Shown piece after piece: positions 12,896 through 26,104 of a DNA stretch of 64,000 bases. This DNA is from Octopus sinensis. Taxonomy: Eukaryota. The DNA is taken from positions 21,514,001-21,578,000 of the forward strand of contig NC_043002.1 in assembly GCF_006345805.1 (NCBI RefSeq), written 5' to 3'. The notes under the pieces are model-generated. The model was not told the DNA's origin, searched no databases, and worked only from the letters and a program-made list of their open reading frames with translations. A program made the translations under genes and the position numbers. How positions within the stretch are numbered: the first letter of the stretch is position 1; each line of letters starts with the position of its first letter.

Positions 12896-13669
12896 ATACT
12901 CAGAAGTGCATATACTCAGAAGTGCATACATGTGTGTGTACACATGTGCACATACATATACACAGACACACTCACATATATCCACACACACACACTTACA
13001 CATACATAGTGAGTGAGGGGGCGAGAGAGCTTTATTGATCTTGCTATTTTAATACATAGGCCTTATATTTCTTTGATAGGTTATTGATTTATTTTTTGTG
13101 TTGTTTGAAATGTTTCCTCACAACTGCTCCTGTATTTTTCATATCTAGGCCTATCATATACCACAGTAACCGCATCTCTGAATATCATATAAGTGGCTAT
13201 GAGCTAATGAGGGTACCTCAGTATAATTACTTGACATGCTAGAAATAACAGTCAATTTTCCCTCAAATTACATCTTATATATTTAAAAAAATGAAAAGAA
13301 GAAGGAAGCATGCATTCAGTAATGTAATTTGGACTTCACAGTGCAGACAATAATGACTGGATTACCTTGTATCATTGGTTGGCTGCAAGCAGTGAGTTGG
13401 CAGACATATTAGCAAGTTGAACAAAACGTTTAGCAGCTTTTTTCTGGCTTTACGTTTTGAGTTCAAATTCTACTGGGGTCACTTTTGCTTTTTATCCTTG
13501 TGAGGTTATAAAAATATATACCAGTTGAGCAGTGAGGTTGATGCAATCGAATTGCCCACTCCATAAAATTTTGGGCCTTCCTGCCTACAGCAGATAAAAA
13601 AAAAAAAAATTATTGGTTTCCTTGATTGCAGATGGCATAGCGCTAAACAATAACAGCCACAACATGAAC

Positions 13670-14010
13670 AGATATCATATCCATGACAATCATATTAACA
13701 ATTATCATATACTAGGCTTTTATATTCTCATTTATATCTGTAGCTATTATAACCACAATTATCATACCTGTGACTATCATATCCATCATTATAATATCTA
13801 TGACTATCATAGTTATTTTATTTATGACTATCATATCCATGGTTATCATACCTATGATTATCATATCCACAGTTACCATGTATATAATTATCATTTCCAC
13901 AGTGATCATTTCTACAGTTATTTTATTATATTTATGGCTACTATACCCACAATTTTTATATCTATGACTATCATACCCTCAGTTATCATACTTTTGGGCA
14001 TATTATCTGC
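13670..14010. repeat. Degenerate 15-bp minisatellite (atgactatcatatcc)
   Basis: About 20 diverged units; gives the YHIHD-like pentapeptide ORF 13613..14059. Confidence 0.8.
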
Positions 14011-14037
14011 AATTTTCATATATATATATATATATAG

Positions 14038-14338
14038 CATCATCATCATCATCGTTTAACATCCGCTTTCCATGCTAGCATGGGTTGGACGATTTGACTG
14101 AGGTCTGGTGAACTAGATGGCTGCACCAGACTCCAATCTGATCTGACAAAGTTTCTACAGGTGGATGCCCTTCCTAACACCAACCACTCCGAGAGTGTAG
14201 AGGGTGCTTTTACATGCCATCAGCACAAGGGCCAGTCAGGTGGTACTGGCAACGGCCATGCTCAAATGGTGCTTTTTATGTGCCACCTGCACAGGAACCA
14301 GTCCTGTGGCACTGGCAACGACCTCGCTCGAACTTTTT
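14038..14338 (-). mobile_element. Family A RTE 3'UTR
   Basis: (CAT)n-cgtttaacatccgctttccatgctagcatggg... Confidence 0.8.
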
Positions 14339-14459
14339 ATTTATTTATCAATCTGTATGCATGCATGTGTGTGTGTGTGTATGTGTGTAGGTATCAGCTG
14401 CAATATTCTAAAGTTATGCTCTTTTATACATTTGTTTAATTATATACTTTTTCATAAAA

Positions 14460-14690
14460 GGTGGCGAGCTGGCAGAACTGTTAGCTCGCTGAGCGAAATA
14501 CGTAGCCGTATTTCATCTGCCGTTACATTCTGAGTTCAAATTCCGCCGAGGTCGACTTTGCCTTTCATCCTTTAGGGGTCGATAAAATTAAGTACCAGTT
14601 ACGCACTGGGATCGATGTAATCGACTTAATCCGTTTGTCTGTCCTTGTTTGTCCCCTCTATGTTCAGCCCCTTGTGGGTAATAAAGAAAC
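14460..14690 (+). mobile_element. tRNA-headed SINE family C (Meta/MESC-like core) with TSD
   Basis: ggtggcgagctggcagaa...gagttcaaattccgccgaggtcgactttgcctttcatcctt..ggggtcgataa; TSD atatactttttcata on both sides; core assignment is from memory of the MetaSINE consensus. Confidence 0.85.
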
Positions 14691-15696
14691 ATATATACTT
14701 TTTCATACATGTGTATGTGTGTGTCTATTTTTGTGTGTTATATGTAAAATTGTACATAAAAAAACCTCAAAGATTAACTGAAAGAGCACTCTTTACAGTC
14801 AAATAAGATGTTAAATGCAGGCATACACTCAATGACATCAAAAATTATTTTCTTCTTATTGCACATACTCTACTCCAGCCTGAGATGCTTGAGGCTAGTG
14901 ATGTCTGCAAAAAGCAGACATCATTCAGAGTTTAGTGAGGGTGCCTTCTGTTGTCACTCAGCAGGCTGTCAACCAGCTTGCCCTCCTATTCTGGGTCAGC
15001 GGAACCCCCGATTGAGACAAGGTCAGCTTGAACCCTCTTTGTTTCCATAACCCTTTGTTCATACTCTGTATTACCTTGTTGACATTTCCCTGACTTGCTC
15101 TTTTTATATGCACATTTATTCATATAACACACAATACATATATATATATATGTATGTATATGTGTATGTAAAGTGTTGATATTCCAAACTTGTTTTATAT
15201 GTATGTCCAATTGGAGACTTCAGAAAGACAGTTCAGAGAAAAGTCCTTTGAGGAATAACATGAAGAGCCTAATATTTAATGGAACACTATCCATAGTGCT
15301 GATGATTCTGTGAAGTTGTTAGAAAACAGATTAGATATCTCTGATTAATGAGTAAATCTAAACTAAGGAGGTATATTATTTAGATATCCTTTTTTTTTTC
15401 TCACTTTCATCTTTTTTTTGTTCTTATTTTTCCTTCCCTCACTTCTTCCTTTGTTCATTCTTTCTTTCTTTCTTCATTTATTTGTTTCCCCATTCTTTCT
15501 TTCTTTCTTAAGTGTTTTCATTCATCCTATCTTTTTTCTTTCTTTCCTTACTCCTTCAGTCCATTTCTTTCTTTCTGTTTTCTTTTCTTTTAGAAAAAAT
15601 TCTCTCTTGTAGTTTTCAGAAACTGAAATAGAACAGTTTTACAGGTGAAGTCTTAAAAAAATATTAGTTGTGTGTATATAATATATATATATATTG

Positions 15697-16052
15697 TCAT
15701 CATCGTTTAATGTTCGCTTTCCATGCTAGCATGGGTTGGACGATTTGACTGAGGATTGGCAAACCAGATGGCTGCACCAGGCTCCAATCTGATCTGGCAG
15801 AGTTTCTACAGATGGATGCCCTTCTTAATGCCAACCACTCCGAGAGTATAGTGGGTGCATTTACGTGCCACCAGCATGAGAGCCAGTCAGGCGGTACTGG
15901 CAATGGCTACACTCAAGTGGTATTTTTTACATGCCACCAGCACATGTGCCAGTAAGGCGACACTGGTAACAATCACGTTTGAATGGTGCTTTTTACGTGC
16001 CACCAGTACAGAAGCCAGTCAGCTGCTCTGGCAGTGATCACGCTTAGATGGT
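15697..16052 (-). mobile_element. Family A RTE 3'UTR
   Basis: catcatcgtttaatgttcgctttccatgctagc...; three to four gtgccaccagc modules. Confidence 0.8.
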
Positions 16053-16924
16053 AATTATGTAACATCCTCTGGAGGTAGAGAGAGCTTTTGATAAATTAAA
16101 AATTATGTTGTATGTTATTGGATATACCTGCATTTTTCTATACTGCTCAATTACATAGCATTGGCCATTCTGAATTATTTTTCTTAGCTGGACCCTCAAT
16201 GTGTTCCACTTATTTTTGAAAATGTCCCTAGAGATGTTGTCAAACAGTTATTGAGCTAGAAACATGTGTTCACGATTGTTCTTTTATCGTAATTCAATAA
16301 GCTTGTCCTTTTCCTTAATGGCATGTTAATTTTGGAGAATTATTCACCTGTGAGATTAACTCCCTTTTTAAAATAGAATTGATCTTAATTGCTATTTGGT
16401 AATTACTATACATACTTTTGGAGGTAGAAGAGTTTAAATAAGTTAGGAATTTATGCCATGTGGTATCTGATATATCTGAATTTTTCTCTCTATCTCTTTC
16501 TATATATTTGTCTATATATATTCCTTTTTTCCCCTCTTATTTTCTTTATCTTTGTTGATCTGTTGCTAACTTTCAAGCAGTTATGAAAGAAGGTACAATA
16601 GCTTGTACCAAACCTGATTTTCTCAAAATTGTAACTATCTTTAAGAATCAGAACTGTTTTGAATTGTTCATTAGTGCTATCTTTTTACCGAAAACAAGAT
16701 TTTGGATTCACTTGTGCCATTAGTTTGGCAGTAATATCTGTTTACTTCCTTCTGCTAGTCTTCTAAATCCCTAAAATATACTATCTCTTCTATGCAGTTC
16801 AGATATACAGGAATATAACTAAATACAATGAAAGCTATTGGCAGCATCAATATCTTCAATATATTGGGAAGTAGATGTCCTCTGTACACAGAGGGAAAGC
16901 GACTGTCATGCTCTGACAGTTACA

Positions 16925-17046
16925 GGTGCAGATATGACTGTGTGGGTAAGACATTTGATTCTCAATCATATTTTGGGTTTAATCTTTTCATTCTAACGCC
17001 TTGAGCGAGTACCTTGTGAGTGGATTTAGTTGATAGAAACTAAGAG

Positions 17047-17084
<38 letters not shown>

Positions 17085-17370
17085 TACACACTGACATGTA
17101 TGTATGAATGTGAGTGTGAATGTATGTATGGTTGTGTCTCTTCCTTTTGATGTCACATGATAGTTGCAAATGACTGTCATCATCATACAAGCAATGTCAT
17201 TTACTTCCAATAGTCTGCAAAAACATGTCTGGCTGGAGTGAAATATTTCCTTGCTTGGAAATAGGTAAAAGTTGGTGTCAGGAAGAGCATCTAGCTGTAG
17301 AAAATCTGCTTCAATAAACTATGTCCCACCCATGGAAACGTAGAAAAGTGGATGTTAAAATAATAATGAT
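16925..17370 (+). mobile_element. SINE family B' (B head, microsatellite hinge, RTE-type tail)
   Basis: aggtgcagatatgactgtgtgggtaag head; ...gttggtgtcaggaagagcatctagctgtagaaaatctgc...gtggatgttaaaataataatgat. Confidence 0.7.
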
Positions 17371-17439
17371 TACTTGCTCATTTCTGCTATTATCACCATT
17401 AGAATCCATAAGAATACTAAACCAAAGAGGGAGTCCATC

Positions 17440-17620
17440 CCAAATCACCAGACCTGCTTAAACTCTCAGCAAATCTCCTTCAAGACATACCCTATTGTTT
17501 TAGAAAGAGAGGATAAAATTAAACCATGTAGCCCTTGATAGACAACAAGATGGAGTAGTTATGATTGGAACAACTTTAATCATAAGTCTGCTCGATCAGG
17601 GCTGGCCTATGGTTAAACAA
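17440..17620 (+). repeat. Dispersed repeat family F (ctagaaatagcagccaaatct...gatcagggctg), unclassified
   Basis: Related copies at ~19400-19570, ~37120-37300(-), ~39270-39470(-), ~43340-43400(-), ~56715-57070. Confidence 0.55.
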
Positions 17621-18249
17621 CAGTAGTTGGTATAGAGTAATGGAAAGTGTGTACTATATCCAACTGTCACACTGCACCCAATACAATTATCTTCTCTCTA
17701 TCAAAATGTGCAGCATGCTCCTTGTTTCAGTGAATATAGTGCTGTGAAGCAGAACATGATAATCCACAGAGCATCAGTTCACCTACCTGTTAGTAATTAA
17801 CACTATATTTTGAATTGGATCAGTTCATCTACCTGTCAGCAATAGACACCTGTTCTCATGGGTGTGTTACCTGAAAATAACTAGAGTTCTATGCACAGGG
17901 AAATTTATCTAACATCTGCTGAAAACTGTGAAACTAGAGCAAAAGAAATCTGAGCATGAGGCTTAATAGACATCTATATCTTCATATTTATTCCAGCTAT
18001 TACTACATTTCTACAGCTACTTGGTAAAATTATATCTAGTTAACCACCATATCACCTCTATAGCTATGAACTACTATAGACATAAAATTTAGTGCAGTAC
18101 CCCAAAATCTCTAACAAACTGAGTGCAGGCATAGCTGTGTGGTTAACAAGCTTGTTTTGCAACTACATGATTTCAGTTTCATGCCCACTGAGCCATACCT
18201 TGGGCAAGTGTTTTTTATTGAAGCCCACCAAACACAGATCAATTCTTTT

Positions 18250-18460
18250 TTTTTTTTTTTTCAGGTCTTCGGTTCAGAATGGATTCTTCTTTATCCATTG
18301 AGTGCTAACCATTGTTGTTCTCATTGGATATAATTATAGAGAACTTCTCATCTCTTCTGACCATTCTTGCCAGGAAAGGTTCAGTGGCAAGCATAGTCTT
18401 CAATTACTAGCAGTAGGGAACTCTTTGATTAAGCAGAGATGCAATCAGACAACGAGGGAT
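18250..18460 (-). mobile_element. Degenerate mariner (DD34D-like) transposase fragment nested in a family B SINE
   Basis: Minus-strand frames give IASLLNQR..ATEPFLARMVRRDEK / LYNYIQ*EQQWL / DKEESILNRRPE, resembling mariner EPFLxRIVTGDEKW..Y.N...QWL; SINE head at 18123-18230 and SINE 3' half at 18480-18695 flank it. Confidence 0.6.
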
Positions 18461-18730
18461 ATTTATATACACACACATATATATATTTGTGTGTGCATGG
18501 TTTGTGTCCTGTCACGATGTGACAACCAGTGTTGGTTTGTTTTCATCTATGTAATTTAGAAGTTTGGGAAAAGAGACCGATAGGATAAAAATATCTGACT
18601 TAGAAAAATATGTACTGGGGTTGAATTGTTTGACCCCTTCAGTGCAGTACCCTAGTATAGTCACAATCCAATGACTAAAATAAGTAAAAGATAAAACTAC
18701 CTAGTATCTTCAAAATTAAGATGAACTATC

Positions 18731-18905
18731 AGCGCAGGAGTGGCTGTGTGGTAAATAGCTCAATTACCAACCACATGGTTCCAGGTTCAGTCCCACTGCG
18801 TGGTACCTTGGGCAAGTGTCTTCTACTATAGCCTCGGGCTGACCAAAGCCTTGTGAGTGGATTTGGTAGACGGAAACTGAAAGAAGCCTTTCGTATATAT
18901 ATGTT

Positions 18906-18959
<54 letters not shown>

Positions 18960-19177
18960 CTATATGTTTGTGTGTCTGTGTTTGTTCCCCCAACATCGCT
19001 TGACAACTGATGGCGGTGTGTTTACGTCCCATTACTTAGCGGTTCAGCAAAAGAGACCAATAGAATAAGTACTAGGCTTACAAAGAATAAGTCCTGGGAT
19101 CGATTTGCTCGACTAAAGGCAGTGCTTCAGCATGGCCAAAATCAGATGACTGAAACAAGTAAAAAAGAAATAGAGTA
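18731..19177 (+). mobile_element. Full-length SINE family B
   Basis: Box A/B head gcgcaggagtggctgtgtggtaa..ggttcagtccc; CORE-like ccttgggcaagtg; (TA)n(TG)n hinge; tail gactgaaacaagtaaaa. Confidence 0.9.
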
Positions 19178-20039
19178 AGGGATATAACTCAAATAACCCA
19201 CTGACATAAATTTAAATAATTGCTAAATTGTGATTTACTAAATGCTATACATAAATAAATTTGGTAGAAAATTTTTCAGATAGTATTCCACTATTTTGAC
19301 TGCTTCATGGAAAAATAACAATAAGTATTCATATATTTACTTACAAATGTATGTGCCTATTTGCACCAGAATTCTTGCTCAAGCTGGTGTAGGAACCATA
19401 ATGTGGTGCTAGAGATAACAGTAAAATCTGCCTCAATATCCCACCATGTTAGGTAAAAGCCTGCTAGATAATATCGTCTTGGGTTCCCTGTATATGAGAA
19501 AATGATGGGACAGTCATCACTAGAATGTGTTTCATCATAGGTCTACTTGATCAGGGTTGGTTTGGGCTGTGCAATAACATACTTGCAACCCACCTGTCAA
19601 CACAAACTCCCTTTGTGCCCACATTCACACAGTCACATACAATCTCATGCACAATCTCGCAAAATCTTTCAAACACACACACACAAGCTCCTCTCTCTCT
19701 CTCTCTCTCTCACACACACAAACACAAGCTCTCTCTCTCTCTCACATACACAACATTTATTGGACTGGAATTACAATTCCTAATTTGGATACAACGTCAC
19801 CAGTTTGTGTGTGACAGGGGTTCGAGGAGTGTGTAGAGTGAATAGAACCAAATTTAGTAGCCTTAAAAATATGGAAGGTAATGTTTACTTTGACGGGATT
19901 TGAACCGATAACTTAAAAGGGCTTTAGTTGGGTGTTTTACCTACTCAGCTACTACAAGATTCTGTTGAACTGAAATTTGGGAATGAGCACATGTGTGTGT
20001 ATGCAATTGTGTGTGTGTGTATGTGTGTGAATAGCATAT

Positions 20040-20120
20040 TGGGAAGGCCATCAGGCTGTAGAAACCACTGCAAGGCAGACATTGGATCTTGTAGAAACCA
20101 CTGCAAGGCAGACATTGGAT
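20040..20120 (+). repeat. 33-bp tandem duplication in a family A tail fragment
   Basis: tgtagaaaccactgcaaggcagacattggatc x2. Confidence 0.8.
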
Positions 20121-21525
20121 CACACATACATACATTATAAGCTGTGCTTCTGCATGCATATGTCAATGGAATGTGTGTATAAAGTATATATGTTTGAGTG
20201 TGAGTGTACATGTATGTACACGTGTGTGGTTTGGTTTCCATTTAATTAAAAAAACATCTTTTTAAAATTAAATCAAATGGAATGTTGATATTTTGTTTTG
20301 ATTTCTAGAAAATTAACGAATTTTATAAAATGTTTGTGTTAATAATTTTGTGAGAGCACACACACACACACACACACACACACTTTCACATATGCACACT
20401 AATTCATAGTTTTATATTCTGATTTTGTTTATTTAAGATGTATACTTTATAGGAATGTAACTATTTCAATATAGAGTGTATCTTCTATTTTCTTTCTTTT
20501 TTTGCATAACTTGAAATATGACATGATATATATTAAAATAGTTATGTTACTTTAAGGCCATGCTTCATTAATAACAGAATATACACGTGTTTGCTTGTTT
20601 TAGGTCTGTTTTTTTTCTTTCTATAATTGTATGGGTTGGACAAATATGGTATTTGAAGTTTCGTTTTAGAGCTGGATGCCCTTCCTGTTGCTAATCCTTA
20701 ACTGTTTTGTAAATAAGTTATCTCTTATTCCATATGGGTTCAAAGGCACGAAGTGACTGAATAATTTGATGACAAGAGAACTGACAATAACAACACTGCC
20801 TGCCATAGATTTTAGTGAAGTGATTACTGAAGTATAGAAACACGCTGACACCTGCATATACATGTATATATGTCTTCTGTTATTGCCCCAAGCCTTCTGC
20901 ATGGATTTTGTTGACAGTAACTGGAAGAAGCCTGTTATATATATGAATACGTGGATGTTTGCATCTCCTTGTCTTGACATAAATGGATGGTTGTAAACAA
21001 GCATCACTGTCATAGAAATGATATTATCCATTTCCAATGCTCTGCAAAAGCATATCTGGTTATATTACCTTTCTTGAGAACATGTGTGGTTTGGTGACAA
21101 GAAAATCCAGCTATAGAAAACCTGCCTTGGTAAACTTTGTCCAGCCCATGCAAACATGGACAAGTTTAAAATAAACCAATGATAATGATAGAGTTTTTGT
21201 GCACCATGTACACACACTAGGCTTTGATCATATACTTGCCCAAAGAAAGCTAATAAATGTTTGCCATCCAAAAGAACATATATTTCTACCAGTCAAAAAT
21301 AAATGTTGTCTTTCTACTAGTTGGCTGAAAATATTGTCTATACAGAATGCCAAACTACAGGAATCTACATTGCATTTAACTGAGAAGAGACATTTGTGGT
21401 AGCTGTAGTAAATGCTGCAGGAAATAATTAGGCTAAAAATTAATCTTTGCTATGAAGCTCATTAATAAACAATTGTCATACTCACGATTGAATCAACTTC
21501 CATATTTATATATTTATATCTGTAT

Positions 21526-21565
<40 letters not shown>

Positions 21566-21739
21566 TGTGTTTTGCCTTGCCATAGGCCCTCAGTACCTAG
21601 ATGTCTAGATGGTGCCATCAAAACATATGGTGTGTCTTGAGCACTTTTATGTCTGCTAGAATCCATCCCTCTCCAGATCTAACCGTAACCATTTCCTACT
21701 GAAATACAGACAGGTAGAAAGGAGTGGAAGAAATGGGAA

Positions 21740-22025
21740 AGATGTATGTATGTATGTATGTGCATAAATGTATGTATGCTTACATAATTATATGTGTGTG
21801 TGAGTGTGTGAATGAGTGTGTGAGTGTGTGTGTAAATGAATATTTAAGTAAGTGTATGAATGTACATATATGTATGTGAGTGTATGAATGTACATATATA
21901 TGTATGTATGTGAGTGTATGAATGTATATATATATGTATATATGTGAATGTATGAATGTACATATACATGTATATCTGTGAGTGTATGAATGTGCATGTA
22001 TGTATGAATGCACTTATGTATGAGC
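21740..22025. repeat. Cryptic TG/TA minisatellite (tgtgagtgtatgaatgtacatatatgta-like)
   Basis: Directly visible. Confidence 0.8.
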
Positions 22026-22778
22026 ATATATTTTTGTGTATATAACGCAAGTGGTGTATTTAAATGTTTGTATATGTTTTTAATTAATATTATTATATGT
22101 TATTATTATTTATTCTCTTCTAAATTTTTTTCCCCCAACTGAGTGTGGTATACTCATGAAAGTTAACTCTACTCCACCACTACCACCACCACCACCACTA
22201 CCACCACTCTCACACAAAGTCTATTAGAATTTCATCTTATTCGCAATCTGAAGCTATGTAAATATAACAACAACATCAACAACAGAATTAATTAGCGAGT
22301 AATTTAAACAAATTCAAATTAGAATTTTAAAAAAGAAAATTTTTTTATTTGTTATATTTAGAAATTTTAAATATTCCTAACATCTGCTGTTTCAGCTTAC
22401 ATATTTAATTGTATTTCATAATTATTATGTTTATTAGTTGCTGTTGTTGTTGTAGTTGTTGTTGTTATTGCTGATGTGGTGGTGGAAAATAATGAAATTA
22501 TTATTATCATTATTATTTGGTGTTTGTTCTTGAACTTCTAAACTGATAATAATCTTGATGTGATGATGATGGTGATGGGATTGTAATGATATGGTGATGA
22601 TGATGATGATGATGATGATGCAGACAATGTTGGTGATGATAATAGTAGTGATGGTGATGATTGTTATTTACACTATTCTTTTGATGAAATGTTTCCATTT
22701 CATTTGCTGTCTGCTTATTAATTGATGACTTCATCTTCGATCTCCCTCTCTCCTAGTGTGTGTATGTATGTATGTATG

Positions 22779-22827
<49 letters not shown>

Positions 22828-23109
22828 TCATTTGCAGAGAGAAAGATAGTAATCAGATATTCCCTCTCCAATTTCTACCCCCACGCCACTGACTCTTTGT
22901 AAATGAATGTGTGTGTGTATCGTGTTTTTATGTCAAATTATAATGAAAAATAATTTAACATTAAGCCAAAGAATTACTCAATACTTCTTTTTAGAGTATG
23001 AATTTATTACATTTTTACAAGAAAAAAAGTGTCAGTGACTTTAAAGATTTGATCTTCATCAGACTGAGTGAAGAAGGGTTTCTGGCTTATATATATATAT
23101 GTGTGTGTG

Positions 23110-23330
23110 TGGCTGTTGCCAGCGCTGCCCCGACTGGCCTCCGTGCTGGTGGCGCGTAAAAAGCACCCACTACACTCACGGAGTGGTTGGCATTAGGAAG
23201 GGCATCCAGCTGTAGAAACACTGCCAGATCAGACTGGGCCTGGTGCAGCCTTCTGGCTTCCCAGACCCCACTCAAACCGTCCAACCCATGCTAGCATGGG
23301 AAGCAGACGTTAAACGATGATGATGATGAT
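23110..23330 (+). mobile_element. Family A RTE 3'UTR
   Basis: ggcgcgtaaaaagcacccactacactc..ggaagggcatccagctgtagaaac..gacgttaaacgatgatgatgat. Confidence 0.85.
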
Positions 23331-23359
23331 ATAGTCTTACATGAAATACATTTTATATA

Positions 23360-23903
23360 CAGAGTGTCTGGGCTAAATTTGACAATTTGCATAAAAGGAA
23401 AAGAAAACACAATATACCCTAAAATAATATCAACTAGTTTATTCTGTGGGAAAACAGTTTATTCAAAGTAGCTGCACTCAGCTTCTACCATGGCCTCAAA
23501 ATGGCTCCAGAAACTGGTACATGTGTTCCTCACAGTGTCTGTGGGAAGATCTTTGAACACTTCCATGATCTTGGCCCCCAGCTTGGCCTTGGTGTTGCAG
23601 GCAGAGTGGTTGGTATCTTTCTCAATTCATGGGATTACAATCAGGGAAATTAGGAGGCCAGAAATTGGGGCTGGCGATGTCAAAGACATTCTCTGAAACC
23701 CACTTTCGACTCTTTTCAAAGATATGGCAAGGAGCTGAATCCTTCTGCCTCACATATGGCCTTCCAGCAGCAACTGTCTCCAGTCAGGGATTGACCACAG
23801 TTCCCAACAGATTCACATAACTGTCTGAATTGAGTCTGAGGCTCTGTTCAAAGATGTGGGGTGGTATCACTTCACCCTCATTGGAAGCACACACAAAAAC
23901 CAT
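23360..23903 (-). mobile_element. Tc1/mariner (maT/DD37D-like) transposon 3' half, pseudogenised
   Basis: Minus-strand translation MVFVCASNEGEVIPPHIF..YVRQKDSAPCH..FWPPNFPDCNP..FEAMVEAECSYFE*; terminus ta|cagagtgtctgggc. Confidence 0.85.
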
Positions 23904-24040
23904 CCTTCCTATTGGCCACAGCGTTGTAGTGTCCATCGCAATTGTTCATGCCATATCTTACAACGTTTACATGTTCACAGAACATTAAGCAGCAGTTGTG
24001 ATGTCTGCATTTTGGTACCCAGTGCAAATCATCATGATAC

Positions 24041-24206
24041 AGGCGCAGGAGTGGCTGTGTGGTAAGTAGCTTGTTTACCAACCACATGGTTCCGGGTTCA
24101 GTCCCACTGCGTGGCACCTCGGGCAAGTGTCTTCTACTATAGCCTCGGGTCGACCAAAGCCTTGTGAGTGGATTTGGTTGACGGAAACTGAAAGAAGCCC
24201 GTCATA

Positions 24207-24271
<65 letters not shown>

Positions 24272-24492
24272 TGTGTGTGTTGTGTGTCTGTGTTTATCCC
24301 CCTAGCATTGCTTGACAACCGATGCTGGTGTGTTTATGTCCCCGTTACTTAGTGGATCGGCAAAAGAGACCGATAGAATAAGTACTGAGCTTACAAAAGA
24401 ATAAGTCCCGGGGTCGATTTGCTTGATTAAAAAAGGCGGTGCTCCAGCATGGCCACAGTCAAAATGACTGAAACAAGTAAAAGAGAAAGAGA
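24041..24492 (+). mobile_element. Full-length SINE family B (young)
   Basis: aggcgcaggagtggctgtgtggtaagtagc...ggcggtgctccagcatggccacagtcaaaatgactgaaacaagtaaaagag. Confidence 0.9.
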
Positions 24493-25085
24493 AATATAGA
24501 TAACTTCAGATGGTTTTGTCGTTCATGTCAGCTAACTTTTTCTCAACTACATCTTTAATTTTCATGTTATCCAACACCATTGATTGTTCACCACTTGACA
24601 ACCTGTGTTGATTTGTTTATGCTTGTGTAACTTTGCAGTTCAGCAAATTTGAATGATTGAATAAGTACCAGACTTAAAAAAATAAGTTCTGGAATTGATA
24701 TGTTTGGTTAAAACTCTTCTAAGCAGTGCGGTGCCTCAGTATGGCCACAATCCAATGACAAAAACCGGTAAAAAAATAAAAGATACATACATACAGCAAA
24801 TGTGCAAAAATATTGAGTACTTCATTGAATAAACATATATATATATATATATAAATTGAGATAGGGGTTGTAAATGCAACCCACCATGGGATACCATATA
24901 TCCAATATACTGCTAGTGAGGTACCCGACAAAGTTAATACATAAATGTTAAGAATTGCGATACAATTAATTCATTTATTGTATTATATGGGCAAAGGTAA
25001 AATGTTTTACCACAAATTCCTAATACAAAATAAGAAAATGGAGAAATACATCGAAATCAAATATCAATTACCAGATAATACTCGA

Positions 25086-25132
<47 letters not shown>

Positions 25133-26104
25133 TACACACTCACACATACATATGCATACACACACACACACACTCACACACACACACTCACACACACACA
25201 CACAAACATGAATGTTCATGGTAACGTGTATGTGTGTATATTCATATACATTTATCCTCATTGAATATTTTGAACATTAAGTAGTCTGGAACAAAGTAGG
25301 TGCCATTGTGTCGTTTTTGTGTTAAAATCAAAGACGACATCTAAGTTATTGTGGTTGGTCTGATCTGAGTAGAGGGTAAGAGTGGCTGAGAGAATTGCTT
25401 CTATGTCACCCCCCCCATCACTACCACCACCACCACCACCAACGTAGCAAACCAGGATTAATAGTAAATTTTTATATATAATGAGTGAATGAAAATTGTA
25501 AATTTTAAATTGGCTTTATGAATATTGTTTTATATTTTTTGTTTGTTTTATCTCTCTGTATGCTTGCTTGCGTGTCTGTAGTATGCATGTCTACATATTT
25601 ATGTATTTAAGTATGAACAGATATGAACAGCATATTGATGTGTGTGTGTGTGTGTGTGTGTGTACATGTAAGATATGCTTTCTCATTTGTCATATTTGAC
25701 AGTGACTTAGCAGTTGCTTAATCTGATATTAGACAAGCACAAGGTTCCTTTTTCACAGTGAATAAGAGCTGCACATACATCAGACCTACTCTCTCGGTTT
25801 TACGCAACACATTCAGTGGAAAGATAAAATCAAGACAGCTATGTTTGTATGAGAATGGGAGAGATTGCTAACATGGTTAACCAAATCTCCAGATCTTGCA
25901 GTATCTCGCTAACTTGCTGTGTGGCCCAAGGCCATTAAATATTACATCAAATGTTTGCTCTGCATAATAGCATCTAACCCAGCATGATGGTTTGTTGCCA
26001 CCTGTGCTTGTTTTTCCCCTGTTGGCCTGCTGCTGCAAACTTCAAAGTTACAAAGATGAAAGTTACTTTGTTTTTCTATGTGTCTTTTAAATGAAATGCA
26101 GACA

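Noticed and set aside
18241-18264. Strong-looking splice acceptor (T)n-cag
   Set aside because: Lies at the edge of a mariner relic nested inside a SINE, with no downstream donor or ORF support
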